Of a stretch of DNA of 64,000 bases, positions 39,020 through 50,761 are shown piece by piece. Positions within the stretch are counted from its first letter, which is position 1; the number at the start of each line of letters is the position of its first letter. Both the position numbers and the translations under genes were made by a program. Below the pieces are notes generated by a model. That model searched no databases and had not been told where the DNA came from. It saw only the letters and a program-made list of their open reading frames with translations. Origin of the DNA: Haliotis rufescens (Eukaryota); assembly GCF_023055435.1 (NCBI RefSeq), contig NW_025964001.1:21018001-21082000 (forward strand), written 5' to 3'.

Positions 39020-39436
39020 AAATAGCAGCCGCTGAGCATGCACAGTCCTATGTCACTTGTGGTAGAGTACTCTGGGACCTTTATTTTGTAGCTTGGGACT
39101 CCAATGTTTTTACCTTGGACCCCCAACAATTAAAGGCTTTGAGTCCCCTTCACCCTCAAAATACATAACCCATGTAAATCCCTCCAAACCTATCTCAAAC
39201 TGTTACCCACATGTGACAGAGAGTTGCATGGGTAACATTTGGTGTACACAGGTTGTGAAAATGTTGTGTTTTTGCCCAATAAACAGTTACCATCTGTACA
39301 TCTTCATACTGAAGGCAATATCAATGTGTGTGGGCTAGATGTTTGACAGGGTTATAGTGACATGGCTGCTGGTCCACTCAAACTTAGGCCATCTATCACA
39401 GAGGTAAACAAACCTCTTTGGTGCAGATTTCTGAGA

Positions 39437-41577
39437 GTGTGTGTTATAGTACCTAGTGTGACATAAGAGTTCCTGTGATATATTCAGTGTGATATAGGGT
39501 CAACGTTTGCTTTGTAGTGTAGTGTGACATAAGGGTCACTGTTTACTACATAGTGTGACATGAGGGTCACTGTTTGCTACCTATTTGATTAAGGGCCAGT
39601 GTTTTCACATTGTGTGACATAAGGTCAGTGTTTGCTACATAGTGTGACATAAGGTCAGTGTTTGCTACATAGTGTGACATAAGGTTAGTGTTTGCTACAT
39701 ACTGTGACTTAAGGTCAGTGTTTTCTACATAGTGTGACGTAAGGTAAGTGTTTGCTACATAGTGTGACATAAGGTTAGTGTTTGCTACATAGTGTGACTT
39801 AAGGTCAGTGTTTTCTACATAGTGTGACTTAAGGTCAGTGTTTTCTACATAGTGTGACTTAAGGTCAGTGTTTGCTACATAGTGTGACTTAAGGTCAGTG
39901 TTTGCTACATAGTGTGACATAAGGTTAGTGTTTGCTACATAGTGTGACTTAAGGTTAGTGTTTGCTACATAGTGTGACTTAAGGTTAGTGTTTGCTACAT
40001 AGTGTGACTTAAGGTTAGTGTTTGCTACATAGTGTGATGTATAGGTCAGTGTTTGCTACATAGTGTGACTTAAGGTTAGTGTTTGCTACATAGTGTGATG
40101 TATAGGTCAGTGTTTGCTACATAGTGTGACTTAAGGTTAGCGTTTGCTACATAGTGTGATGTATAGGTCAGTGTTTGCTACATAGTGTGACATAGGTCAG
40201 TGTTTGTTACATAGTGTGATGTATGGGTCAGTGTTTGTTACATAGTTTGACATAAGGTCAGTGTTTGCTACATAGTGTGATGTATAGGTCAGTGTTTACT
40301 ACACAGTGTGATGTATAGGTCAGTGTTTGCTACATAGTGTGATGTATAGGTCAGTGTTTGCTACACAGTGTGATGTATAGGTCACTGTTTACTACACAGT
40401 GTGATGTATAGGTCAGTGTTTACTACACAGTGTGATGTATAGGTCAGTGTTTGCTACACAGTGTGATGTATAGGTCACTGCTTACTACATACTCTGATAT
40501 AAGGTTACTGATTACTATATAGTGGGACGTATAGGACATTGTTTACTACATAGTGTGATGTATAAGTAAAGGTTTGCTACATAATGTGATGTATATGACA
40601 TTGTTTACAACATAGTGTGATGTAAAGGTCAGTGTTTACTACATAATGTGATGTATAGGTCAGTGTTTTCTACATAACGTGGCAAGTGTTATATGAGTTC
40701 AGTGTTTGCTACATAGTGTGAAGTAAGGTTAGTGTTAGCTACATAGTGTGACATAAGGTCAGTGTTTTCTACATAGTGTGACATAAGGTCAGTGTTTGCT
40801 ACATAGTGTGATGTATAGGTCACTGTTTACTACATAGTATGATGTATTGGCCACTGTTTACTACATAGTGTGATGTATAGGTCATTGTTTACTACATAGT
40901 CTGATGTATAGGTCACTGTTTACTAAATCGTGTGATGTATAGGTCATTGTTTACTACATAGTGTGGTGTGTAGGTCACTGTTTACTACATAGTGTGATGT
41001 ATAGGTCCCTGTTAGCTTTATAGTTTGATATGAGGTCACTGTTTGTTACATAGCGTCACCTTAGCTCACTGTTTACTACAGTGTGTCACATTAGGTCAAT
41101 GTTTTCCTACATAGTGTGATGTATAGGTCACTGTTTGCTACATAGTGTGATGTATAGGTCACTGTTTTGCTACATAGTGTGATGTATTGGTCATTTTTTG
41201 CTACATAGTTGTATGTATAGGTCACTGTTTTGCTACAAAGTGTGATGTATAGGTCATTGTTTACTATATAGTGTGATGTATGGGCCACCGTTTTGCTACA
41301 TAATGTGATGTACAGGTCACTATTTGCTACATAGTGTTATGTATAGGTCATTGTTTACTACATAGTGTGGCGTATAGGTCACTGTTTACTACATAGTATG
41401 ATGTATAGGTCACTGTTTACTTCATACCGTGGCGTATAGGTCACTGTTTGGTACATAGTGTGATGTATAGATCACTGTTTACTACATAGTGTGATGTATA
41501 GATCACTGTTTGGTACATAGTGTGATGTATAGATCACTGTTTACTACATAGTGTGATATAAAGGTCTTTGCTACATA
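39437..41577. repeat. 30/31-bp satellite array, ~70 copies
   Basis: Units GTGTTTGCTACATAGTGTGACTTAAGGTCA (30 bp) and GTGTTTGCTACATAGTGTGATGTATAGGTCA (31 bp). Confidence 0.97.
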
Positions 41578-42209
41578 CTGTTGTTATGTTACTCTTTGCA
41601 ACTATTTGTAACACTTAGGTTGCTTTTTCCTGCATGTCAGAAGATCAATGTTTGCCACATATCATTTATAGGTGTTTGTGTTCACTACACATTGCAATAG
41701 GAGGGCCGCTGTTAGCTACTGTTTGTGATATACATCCCTTTCATTGTATCAATTCATTGTTTTGCCCTGAACAGGTATACCAAGACACAGAGGCCATGAG
41801 TTAGTGAAGTGCATTGAAGAGTGAAGACCTATACATCACACTATGTAGTTTGGTTTAAAGCAGCTTTCAACAGTATTTAAGTCATAGTATGATCCGAAAA
41901 AATATGTGTCATACATTCACAAATTTATTTTTTCTCAGTTGCTCTTTTTTCAAATCTTTATCTAAATAATACTGATAAAGTCATGGACATAAATAGTGTT
42001 TTGGTTCATGCCAGGTCAAGGTATTCATAATACAGCACTATCAGTAGGACCAACAATGCTAAGATAATGTTACTAGTGCAGATACTTTCCAACATGGGTC
42101 ATACATGTGACACGTTGGAATGAAGGTGTGTCCATGTGGCGTTCATGCTTAATCAGAGGACAAGAGATAGGTAATGTGTTTCGCCTTTTCTGACAAAACA
42201 GTGTTACTG

Positions 42210-42367
42210 TCATGGGCGGATACAGCTTTTTTGAAAAGGAGGGGTGCACAATTAAGATTTATTTATTGTCTTTGGTGGTAATTTATACAGAAATAAAGAT
42301 TATTTTAGAAATAAAAAGGGGGGGGAGGGTGCGCACCCCCGCACCCCACCTCTGTATCCGCCCATGA
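42210..42367. mobile_element. PIF/Harbinger-like MITE
   Basis: Perfect 16-bp TIR TCATGGGCGGATACAG / CTGTATCCGCCCATGA; 3-bp TSD CTG. Confidence 0.85.
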
Positions 42368-42642
42368 CTGTGTAGGCAGTGCTGGTGTGTCCATGTGTAA
42401 TAGTGAGTGAGTGAGTGAGTGTGTTTGGTCTAATGTCTCTTAGAGCAGTATCTCAGTTACATCACAGCATATCAGCTTGATGTGGGAGGAAAGTCAGATA
42501 TATACAGGTGTCAGACATTTACCTCTTTGATGAAACAGTGTGTAATAAGACAATGACTGTCACTGAGTTAAGAATAAATGATATACATGTTGTGGTTCTA
42601 TTTATGTGGTCACTACTAATTTCTAGTACCAGCTATAACAAT

Positions 42643-42805
42643 CAGGGGTGGTCGGGTATCCTAGTGGTTTAAGCGTTTGCTCGACAAGCTGCAGACCCAG
42701 GTTCGAATCCTGACATGGGTACAGTGTATGAAGCCCATTTCTGGTGTCCCCTGCCCTGATATTGCTGGAACATTGCTAAAAGCGGCGTAAAACCATACTC
42801 ACTCA
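42643..42805 (+). mobile_element. Family A tRNA-derived SINE with TSD
   Basis: TSD CTATAACAAT at 42633-42642 and 42806-42815; B-box GGTTCGAATCC. Confidence 0.95.
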
Positions 42806-42904
42806 CTATAACAATTGGTTTTGGTTTTTATTATTTAAATCAACATTCATATGAAGAACAAGTTTTATCATACTTCTTGAAAATATTAAATATTTACAAC
42901 AATT

Positions 42905-43066
42905 CCTAACCGGCGAAAGAACCAAACGTTTTTAGTCCACTTGTCCTTTTAATGATAACATATAGCAAGCCTCTTAAAAATGGCAATTTTCTACTAGTCT
43001 TTGATATACCTTACTATTGGGCAGTTTGCCAAGGACTATAGGACTAATGCCGATGTCTATTGCTGC
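42905..43066. mobile_element. Copy of the 12710-12866 MITE, inverted
   Basis: Aligns with 29955-30080. Confidence 0.75.
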
Positions 43067-43105
43067 TTACCAGCAGTAATATAGCTATATTACACTCACT
43101 CACTC

Positions 43106-43280
43106 GGGCGGTCGGGTAGCCTAGTGGTTAAAGCGTTCGCTCGTCACGCCGAAGACCCGGGTTCGATTCCCGACATGGGTGCAATGTGTGAAGCCCATTT
43201 CTGGTGTCCCCCACCGAGATAATGCTGGAATATTGCTAAAAGTGGCGTAAAACCACACTCACTCACTCACTCACTCACTC
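43106..43280 (+). mobile_element. Family A tRNA-derived SINE, near consensus
   Basis: GGGTAGCCTAGTGGTTAAAGCGTTCGCTCGTCACGCCGAAGACCCGGGTTCGATTCCC head; (ACTC)n on both sides. Confidence 0.95.
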
Positions 43281-43838
43281 AAAGGCACTGTGTCGTGAGA
43301 AACCATTTCCAAAACAACTCTGTGGAATATGACCTTTGCTGTGGGTTCTTGGTCTCCATGACCTCCCCAGGTACCACTCAGTGGAGTGGTGGACACTTTA
43401 GTGATTCAAACTAGCTGTGTCATGTTGTTCTAGGGTATTCACATTGTCACCAAGATAAGGTTCTGGGCTTTTATGTTTCATATCTTACAGCAATTTAGGT
43501 TTTCAGGATGTAGAATGATTATGTTGCAAATATTATGTAAAGTTTTCATGCCGATGCCAGTTCAACTAGTCCTAAGGGATACACATAGTATGTTGGCACC
43601 ACAATCATAGGAAATCTCTTCTAAAAGCAGTCCATTGTATGATTCCGACATGACTATATCATAAGCAAAATCATTTGTCAAAGTAGGCTATTGCAATTTC
43701 GACTTGAATGAATAGAGCTAACATGAACCAAATTGGTTCAAAGTTTACTTTCTCCTGTGCACACGCAAACACACACTTCACACACTACAAACATGCACAA
43801 CACACACAGACACTTGCACATGTACATGAATAATCATT

Positions 43839-44102
43839 TTGTCGTAAAAGGTGACTATGTTTGTCATAAGAGGCGACTATGCTTGTCGTAAAAGGCGACT
43901 ATGCTTGTCGTAAGAGGCAACCAACAGGATCGACTGGTCGATCTTGCTGACTTGGTTGATATATGTCATCATATGCCAATTGCGTTGATCGATGCTCATG
44001 ATATCAATCATTGGATTGTCTGGTCCAGACTCGATTATTTACGGACCGCTGTCATATAGCTGAAAATTGTGGCGTTAAACAACAAGCAAAAAAAAACAAA
44101 AA
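43839..44102 (+). mobile_element. Family C retroposon lacking the extreme 5' end, with an expanded 22-nt module
   Basis: Four tandem TTGTCGTAA(G/A)AGGCGACTATGC-like units followed by the family C body and tail. Confidence 0.88.
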
Positions 44103-44243
44103 AACATGAACGCGTAGTTAATAACACATACACAAACCACACCCACACGTACATGTACATGCGCATTGCTATATAAGTGCAATAATCATGAACGTGTAGA
44201 TAATCACACACATACACACATCTCACACATGTACATGCACATT

Positions 44244-44298
44244 GCCGTCATAGAGCTGGAATATTGCTGAGTGCGGCATTAAACAACAAACAAACCAA
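44244..44298 (+). mobile_element. Family C 3' tail only (5'-truncated insertion)
   Basis: GCCGTCATAGAGCTGGAATATTGCTGAGTGCGGCATTAAACAACAAAC, flanked by repeated ACATGCACATTGC (probable TSD). Confidence 0.85.
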
Positions 44299-44878
44299 CA
44301 TGCACATTGCTATACACATGCAGTTATCTTGAACGCAACGTTACACACCAATTCACCTCGATCAGCTGTGATGCAAGTTATGCAAGAGGACATGTGATCA
44401 AAATCAACAGATATCCCATGAGCCACTGAACTGTCAACCAAGCACTGGTATTGCTACAGGTGTATGCTCTACATTAAACTTTGTTTTAAATATTGAACTG
44501 AACCGCTTTTGTGTTCAGTGTCTGTGACCTAGTCAGTGTTGTTGGATAGGCTCAAGCTTCATCCACTATGCAAGGGTATATCAGGTATGTTGTCAAAATC
44601 TCTTCATACTGCAATGGACTCTTTGTATCTTTTTGACAACAAAACTGAAAATTATTTATTTTCATATTCTTTTTAATAATAGTCATTCGTTGGAATATGT
44701 GATATTTGACGTGGAGATATACTTTTTGAATTCATTACATATTCAGTTGTATTTGTATTATTTCACAGAAAAGCTTAAACATTGTTGCTTTTCCAGAGGG
44801 ATGTCAAAGCCGTTTTTCTAGCAGAGTACTGCCGAAGTTTCCTTTTGTTTTGTATTCTACTTAAAACAGTTACAGAAT

Positions 44879-45053
44879 GTTTGTTTGTTTGTCTATTTGT
44901 TTGTTTAACATCGCACTCACCAATACTCCAGCAATATGACAGCTGTCTGTAAATAATGGATTTAGACCAGATTTCCTAGTGACTGACCTTGTGAGCATCC
45001 ATGAACGTAACTGGAATACGAGGACATGCATCAACCGTTAATTGCCTCTTACA
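44879..45053 (-). mobile_element. Degenerate family C retroposon
   Basis: (TTTG)n tail and a diverged body. Confidence 0.75.
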
Positions 45054-45948
45054 AGCCTTTGTTAATATGATTGGAAACAAACATTGTTTCTTCAAAATAT
45101 TTCTTTTCCAAGCCCCACTTTCTGTCAGTGTTAACATGTATACTCAGAGCAAAAAATCAAAATAGTTAATGCAAATAAGAAAAACTGGGGAAATATTATC
45201 TTATTGGAAGAATATAACTTTATTTGACAGAGATTGCTTAAATTTGACATTATCTTGCGTATGAATAGACACAATCGTTTCTTGTCAATAATGATTGAAA
45301 ATCCCTTAGCAGGAATGCATTATATTAATGCAAATATGCTGTTGAATGTTCATATTGTAACCATGATTTAACATGACATCATTGATTTTTATATGAGGTC
45401 CTATTTTATTAAGAAGGACATGTCTGTAGTATGTACTGGAAAAAACCTAGAAGCGTGTGTAGTAGAGAGTCACAGCTTGGCTTCATGGCAGTGGTTAGTT
45501 GGCCCCATGGTGGGTGCTGTAGTTTATTGTGGCCTGCGTCCTGGTGGAAGAAAGTCCAAAGCACCAAAGCAAAAGTGTTCTTGAAATCAAATAATAGGAG
45601 CTTGAGCGATGATCCGTTGAATTATTTAAGTTGTATCTCTGGTGGTACGCTTTCACGCCAAGTGCAACCAGCCAAGGGGAGAAAAGGTGGATAATGGCAT
45701 CTATCCTGTCTCACTGCATGGGTAGCTTTTTAAATGTATTTTATTGGTGCCTGGTGAGTATATGATAAGATCTTGTTGGTTGATATGTGAGTTATTACAT
45801 GTTGGTACTAGTATTGGTTCATCTATACCTGTCGCGGATGGTGAAATGTGCTCTCTGTTTGTGTTGAATTATATAGTTCCTGTTACCATTATGAAATTTG
45901 CTGGGTTCCCTATTCACATGGTCTTACATCAATTTTTTGTATTTTCAG

Positions 45949-46056
45949 TGGTCACCAGTCGAATGCTCAGTCTCAATTATTTGCCACTGCTGGTTGTTCA
46001 CCTACTTCCTATAAGGATGCCTGGATCTTTGACATGGCCAACCCAGCCAAGCACAG
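45949..46056 (+). CDS. Candidate internal coding exon (GHQSNAQSQLFATAGCSPTSYKDAWIFDMANPAKH), 108 nt, phase 2/2
   Basis: Strong acceptor TTTTTTGTATTTTCAG, donor CAG|GTAGGT, length divisible by 3, open frame compatible with exon 37040-37119. Confidence 0.55.
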
Positions 46057-46412
46057 GTAGGTCCACACCTACGTTATATACCAATACTGCCAAGCACAGG
46101 TAGGTCCACACCTATGTTATATACCAATACTGCCAAGCACAGGTAGGTCCACACCTACGTTATATACCAATACTGCCAAGCACAGGTAGGTCCACACTTA
46201 TGTTATGTACCGATACTGCCAAGCACAGGTAGGTCCACACCTATGTTATGTACCAATACTGCCAAGCACAGGTAGGTCCACACCTATGTTATGTACCAAT
46301 ACTGCCAAGCTCAGGTGGGTCCACACCTATGTTATGTACCAATACTGCCAAGCACAGGTAGGTCCACACCTATGTTATGTACCAATACTGCCAAGCACAG
46401 GTAGGTCCACAC
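46046..46412. repeat. 43-bp minisatellite, ~8.5 copies, containing the exon/intron junction
   Basis: Unit GCCAAGCACAGGTAGGTCCACACCTATGTTATGTACCAATACT. Confidence 0.97.
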
Positions 46413-47338
46413 TCTCATTATGAATGATACATATCCACTGCACCTCCAAACCGGGTTCAAACGTAATTCGGACCATAATGCATTTGGGGCTGGTCACGTG
46501 ACCCCTTTTGGAAACCATACCATGTGTTATAGATATATGGAAAGCTTTTGGAAATGTGCATTTGACACTATCACTAAATATGTCAAAACTACCAAAATAA
46601 AAACTTTATAGCCATTTGAAGTTATGAAAAATAAAAATTCCCAGGGATTTTTAACTGTGTATCAGTTAACGCCTCATAATTAAAGACCAAGGGCGAAAAG
46701 CCCTTAACAGTATGGCATCAGCAGAAAGAGCAGATCCTGGGCACTAATATCAATACAGACAAAGAAATGCCAGGGGGAATAAATGGTACAAAGAGTTTTT
46801 TAAAAAAAGGAATAAAAAGGAAGAAGTCTACTCACATACATATAACGTGGCAGAAGTCTATGCAGAACATTTCCCCAAATTACAGATACATTTTTGAGAT
46901 CCCTAGGGTATCCCTGTGAGTGTGTAAAAGAAACTAGTAATTTGACCTACATGTAATTCAAGGGATTTACCTGGCTTATTCCGATATGACCCTAATTCTA
47001 AAAATAGTTGTTGTAACCCCAGGCTGTTATAAGGATATACCAACTGTGCAATGATTCCACACACTAACATACTGGAAATGTCAATGATGTGTCAAAATGA
47101 GATTTAGCAAGGTCTTTAAATGTTTAAAACAGCAGTTCTGGGTCTCAAACAAAGACCCCCGATTATTTTCAATAGAATGTGTTTCAACTGTTTGTTAATG
47201 AAATTATCAAGTTCTGTGCTTGATATTATTAAAGTTAATCACTTTATCAACAATACTTCTTTTAACAACAGTTGTCAGTACTGTGGTCCAAATATGGTGC
47301 TACAGTTTTTACTTAACCTCAGGTGTGATAATCATAAC

Positions 47339-47431
47339 GTGGCCTAGTGGTTAAAGTATTTGGTCGTTGCACCAAAGACCTGGGTTCAATTCCCGACATG
47401 TGCACAATGGTATCCCCTGCCGTGATATTGC
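47339..47431 (+). mobile_element. Family A SINE, 5' part
   Basis: GTGGCCTAGTGGTTAAAG...GGGTTCAATTCCCGACATG...CCCCTGCCGTGATATTGC. Confidence 0.8.
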
Positions 47432-48268
47432 CTCACCAGTGTAATGCCTTTTGAAGAGCGGCAGTCATGCAACTCTAAGTGTTCATGGTAAGGGCTGCGA
47501 GCNNNNNNNNNNNNNNNNNNNNNNNNNNNNNNNNNNNNNNNNNNNNNNNNNNNNNNNNNNNNNNNNNNNNNNNNNNNNNNNNNNNNNNNNNNNNNNNNNN
47601 NNNNNNNNNNNNNNNNNNNNNNNNNNNNNNNNNNNNNNNNNNNNNNNNNNNNTAAGAGCACCAGTCATGCAGCTCCAAGTGTTCATGGTAAGGGCTGCGT
47701 GCCAGGAACTGTGACATCACTCACTCACTCAATCCTAACACCTCAACAGTGTAATACCTCTTTAAGAGCGCCAGTCATGCAGCTCCAAGTGTTCATGGTA
47801 AGGGCTGTGTGCCAGGCACTGTGACATCACTCACTCACTCAACCCCAACACCTCACCAGTGTAATGCCTCTTTAAGCTTTAAGAGCGCCAGTCATGCAGC
47901 TCTAAGTGTTCATGGTAAGGGTTTTGTGTTAGGAACTGTGACATCACTCACTCACTCACTCCCTCAACAGTGAAATGCCTCTTTAAGAGCGCCATTCATG
48001 CAGCTCCAAGTGTTCATGGTAAGGGCTGTGTGCCAGGCACTGTGACATCACTCACTCACTCAATCCCAACACCTCAACAGTGTAATGCCTCTTTAAGAGC
48101 GCCAGTCATGCAGCTCCAAGTGTTCATGGTAAGGGCTGTGTGCCAGGCACTGTGACATCACTCACTCACTCAACCCCAACACCTCAACAGTGTAATGCCT
48201 CTTTAAGAGCGCCAGTCATGCAGCTCTAAGTGTTCATGGTAAGGGCTTCGTGCCAGGAACTGTGACAC
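47432..48268. repeat. ~110-bp tandem repeat with an internal N-gap at 47503-47652
   Basis: Period 110 (47747 to 47857; 48078 to 48188). Confidence 0.95.
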
Positions 48269-50212
48269 ACTGTCTAATTCTCTGATGCTGCCTGCTTGAA
48301 TCGATCCGTCACACACAGATGAAAATGTTGAGGTTTGCAGCAGTCAGTTAAGGCTCTTTAAGTGGTTAAACTCCAAGTGTGCCTTGAATTAACAAAGAGC
48401 AGAAAATTCAATTTCTGGAGATTGTCCCCTCGTCGTAGCATCTATCTTGAAGTGGTGGCAGGAGTAATCAGCCGAGATCGTGTTGCCTGGTTACCTCTAT
48501 ATTCCTGCTAATCTTTTGGATCCATTGTTAACTCCTTTGTAGAGTGTGTGACCCATGTTTGACATTTTTTGGGCGACTGCATGAAAATTTCGAAAGGTTA
48601 ACTAGGATGTTCTTTGAATATTGGGTTATCAAGGTCAGGGTCAATAAACTACGGCCTGATTAACAACTGCCGGCAGTTTTATTTCAAGGGAGGATGATGT
48701 GTCTCCTTGGACAAATTTCAAGATCATCATCACTGAAATAAAATTTTAATGCTTTCTTGGATGAGTGAAAAAGAAGATTTCAAAGAACCATTTTATGTTA
48801 TAATAGTGAATGAGGAAGTGATTGATGATGTTGACAAAAAGTGATAGATTATCATGATCAAAGTCTACCCATGGTGCTGATTTTCATGATAGTCAGTGAC
48901 CGATCTTTTGGTATTCTGGAGGGGGCATGGAATTTTGTATGGAGACTAGATATATTTTTCATTATAACTATGAGCCAAAATATATATATATATATATTTA
49001 TTTATTTTAAACAACTTGCAACAGTGTATATTTTGTGGCTGACAATCTCATTTTTTTCAACAGTCTGAAACAAAATTATTTTTTGATAAAACCCCAGCCC
49101 CCCCGATTTTCAAATGGTTGGTCCCAAGTAACAAAATTTAATTACAGTGAAGGTTACGTACATGTGTAAGACCAGTAAGAAGACCTGGTATCAAAATCAT
49201 GATAACACGAAAATGGTAAGATAATGATAACAATGTCATTTGTGTTAATCATAATGAAACTTGAAACAACAGTAATGGAGTATGTAAGGTTTCCCCTTGA
49301 AACACATAAGGTTCAGAGTCCAAAATAATTTGTTTTTTTGTTTTTCATATCTAGACTTACAATTAGTCTCTGAAATGAAAATATTTTACAGAATAAACAG
49401 TTGTTAAATTATCTTTATAAAATATAATAAATAGGAACCAGGAGACTCTCTTCATTTTCTGAAACTGCAGTAATCTAGACTTGCTAACTACTATAGACTT
49501 GCTTCGGATCATTGGATATATTTGTTTCACAAACCTTCATGTAAAATATTTTATATGTATGTCTCATTTTGCAAATGTTAAGTTGTCGGTAGTAAATTAT
49601 ATTACAGATTTAAGACAGTCACTGATAATATATAAATATGCAAAGAAACAATATCTCTACCTTGACAGGTTATTAACTGATCTGCAAATTTAAAACATTA
49701 TTTGACGTATAATTTGGAAGACGGGTAGTCCCTGACCACATGGACTTCTGTGGTTATGTATACCGTGGTTGAACATCATGTGACTAAAATAGAATATTTT
49801 TAAAAAAACTTGTTTCAGGGTTTGTATGACAGATATCTCATATCCTACTGACCCTACTGACCCAGCAATCAAACAGGTCAAACAATTCTTGACCATATTT
49901 GTTTATAAACCAACAAAATGTCGATGATGATGGGTATCACTCCATAGTGTGTCCCTATCATTTCATCTATAAGGCCTTATTTTGTCGGTTGGCTTACAAA
50001 ACAGACCAACCCAAAAAATGACATTAGAAAAATGACTTTTTACAAAAATATTTTAGTTAGGTAAAAAGAAAATAAGTGCTGTTCATAAGAATATGTGTAA
50101 AAATCTTAATTCTAACCAAAAAAACAACCAGTTATCTTTTGCAATCGTTTTGCAATCATAATTGTGTGATGGTTTGACCTGCAAGTTCATTGGTAGCAGT
50201 TCTAGGCTAGAA

Positions 50213-50343
50213 GGGGCGGTCAGGTAGCCTAGTGGTTAAAACGTTCGTTCGTCACACCGAAGACCTGGGTTCGATTTCCGACATGGGTACAATGTGTGAA
50301 GCCCATTTCTGGTGTCCCCCGCCGTGATGTTGCACTCATTCAC
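50213..50343 (+). mobile_element. Family A SINE with 12-bp TSD and shortened tail
   Basis: TSD TCTAGGCTAGAA at 50201-50212 and 50344-50355. Confidence 0.95.
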
Positions 50344-50706
50344 TCTAGGCTAGAAATGGGATTTTAAAAATATATTTTGCTCGACCACCTACACTGAATT
50401 TTAGATATTCAAAAAATATTTTGTAGTCCAGCTAATAAGAATAAAAAGCCTAATGAATGTTGACTATAGTTTGATCTGCAAAGATCAGTGTGCCTACTCT
50501 ACCCAGTTCTGAAATGTCATGTCCGGTATGGACAAGCTAATATATTTTTAAGGATTATCTGATCTATGCTTGTTGTCCCTATATGACAACACGTAACATC
50601 ATTAAACTGATTTGAATATCAGTATTCTTCTAATCAGCCATACTGATTCTGCCAATAGGTAATATATCCAATATACTGATTCACATGTTGGTTTTCCCCT
50701 TATCTT

Positions 50707-50760
50707 ACTACTACTACTACTACTACTACTACTAGTACTACTACTACTAATAATAATAAT
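50707..50760. repeat. (TAC)n(TAA)n microsatellite
   Basis: Direct observation. Confidence 0.95.
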
Positions 50761-50761
50761 T

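Noticed and set aside
43106-43180. tRNA gene
   Set aside because: A and B boxes are present, but the sequence continues into the SINE body and tail, occurs in many diverged copies with TSDs, and lacks a proper acceptor stem.
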